Below, piece by piece: positions 7,798 to 8,073 of a stretch of 8,073 bases of DNA. A model generated the notes under the pieces. It did no database searches and was not told where the DNA came from. It was given only the letters and a program-made list of their open reading frames with translations. Source of the DNA: Selaginella moellendorffii (taxonomy: Eukaryota > Plantae > Lycopodiophyta); contig NW_003314640.1 of the NCBI RefSeq assembly GCF_000143415.4, forward strand, positions 1 to 8,073. Reading direction: 5' to 3'. Both the position numbers and the translations under genes were made by a program. Each line of letters begins with the position of its first letter. The stretch's first letter is position 1.

Positions 7798-8073
7798 AGC
7801 CGCCAAACCCTAAAATGTGTTAAACCTAAAGTCGCCCGTTACGTGGTACCAATTTGGTACCAGAGAGACTAGTTGACTGTTTTAATTTTCCTTAGTTTAT
7901 TTTCAAACAGATGAGCTGTGAAATGGGACATCAACTCAAAACATGTTGGAAGATCCAGATTCCTTGCTGGCTACAAGTTGTTGTAAGCTAAATGAATGCT
8001 AATCCGTAGGAAGAGTTTTTCTTCCTGGCTAACTAGAGAACCTGACTGAAACTCTGGAGAACTAATTTACCGA

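Larger units (their letters stand above)
1..8073. repeat. Tandem array (gene-containing macrosatellite) of 1205/1237-bp units, ~6.6 copies in window, running off both edges
   Basis: The marker TTACCGA recurs at 709, 1914, 3119, 4356, 5593, 6830 and 8067 (spacings 1205, 1205, 1237, 1237, 1237, 1237). The ORF track repeats with the same periods. Confidence 0.99.

Noticed and set aside
709-8066. Three-unit higher-order repeat (TAG/DDFF in U2 and U5)
   Set aside because: Other markers (insertion, spacer type, NR/NC) do not follow period 3, and there are too few units to support it.

Overview
The whole window is a head-to-tail tandem array of a ~1.2-kb unit. There are six complete units (U2 709-1913, U3 1914-3118, U4 3119-4355, U5 4356-5592, U6 5593-6829, U7 6830-8066) plus partial units at both edges. 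Copies are roughly 97-99% identical by eye. Each unit carries one minus-strand coding segment for a P-loop NTPase resembling the archaeal-ATPase/MJ-type STAND family (Pfam ATPase_2-like; FIDRxxE, Walker A GPNNSGKS, Walker B IFVIDE), plus an AT-rich spacer. Units come in two lengths. The 1205-bp units (U2, U3) have an intact frame. The 1237-bp units (U1, U4-U7) have a complex, locally templated +32-bp frameshifting insertion near the gene 5' end. Copies are recombinant mosaics, and substitutions are biased to CG/CHG transitions, suggesting a methylated repeat in a plant-like eukaryote (inference). The most notable hypothesis is that the NTPase module is a symmetric phase-0 exon (846 nt) with a 359-nt GT-AG intron, so adjacent units could splice in frame. 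No RNA genes, CRISPR arrays or transposase/RT genes were seen. Family assignments rest on motif recognition only, with no database search.
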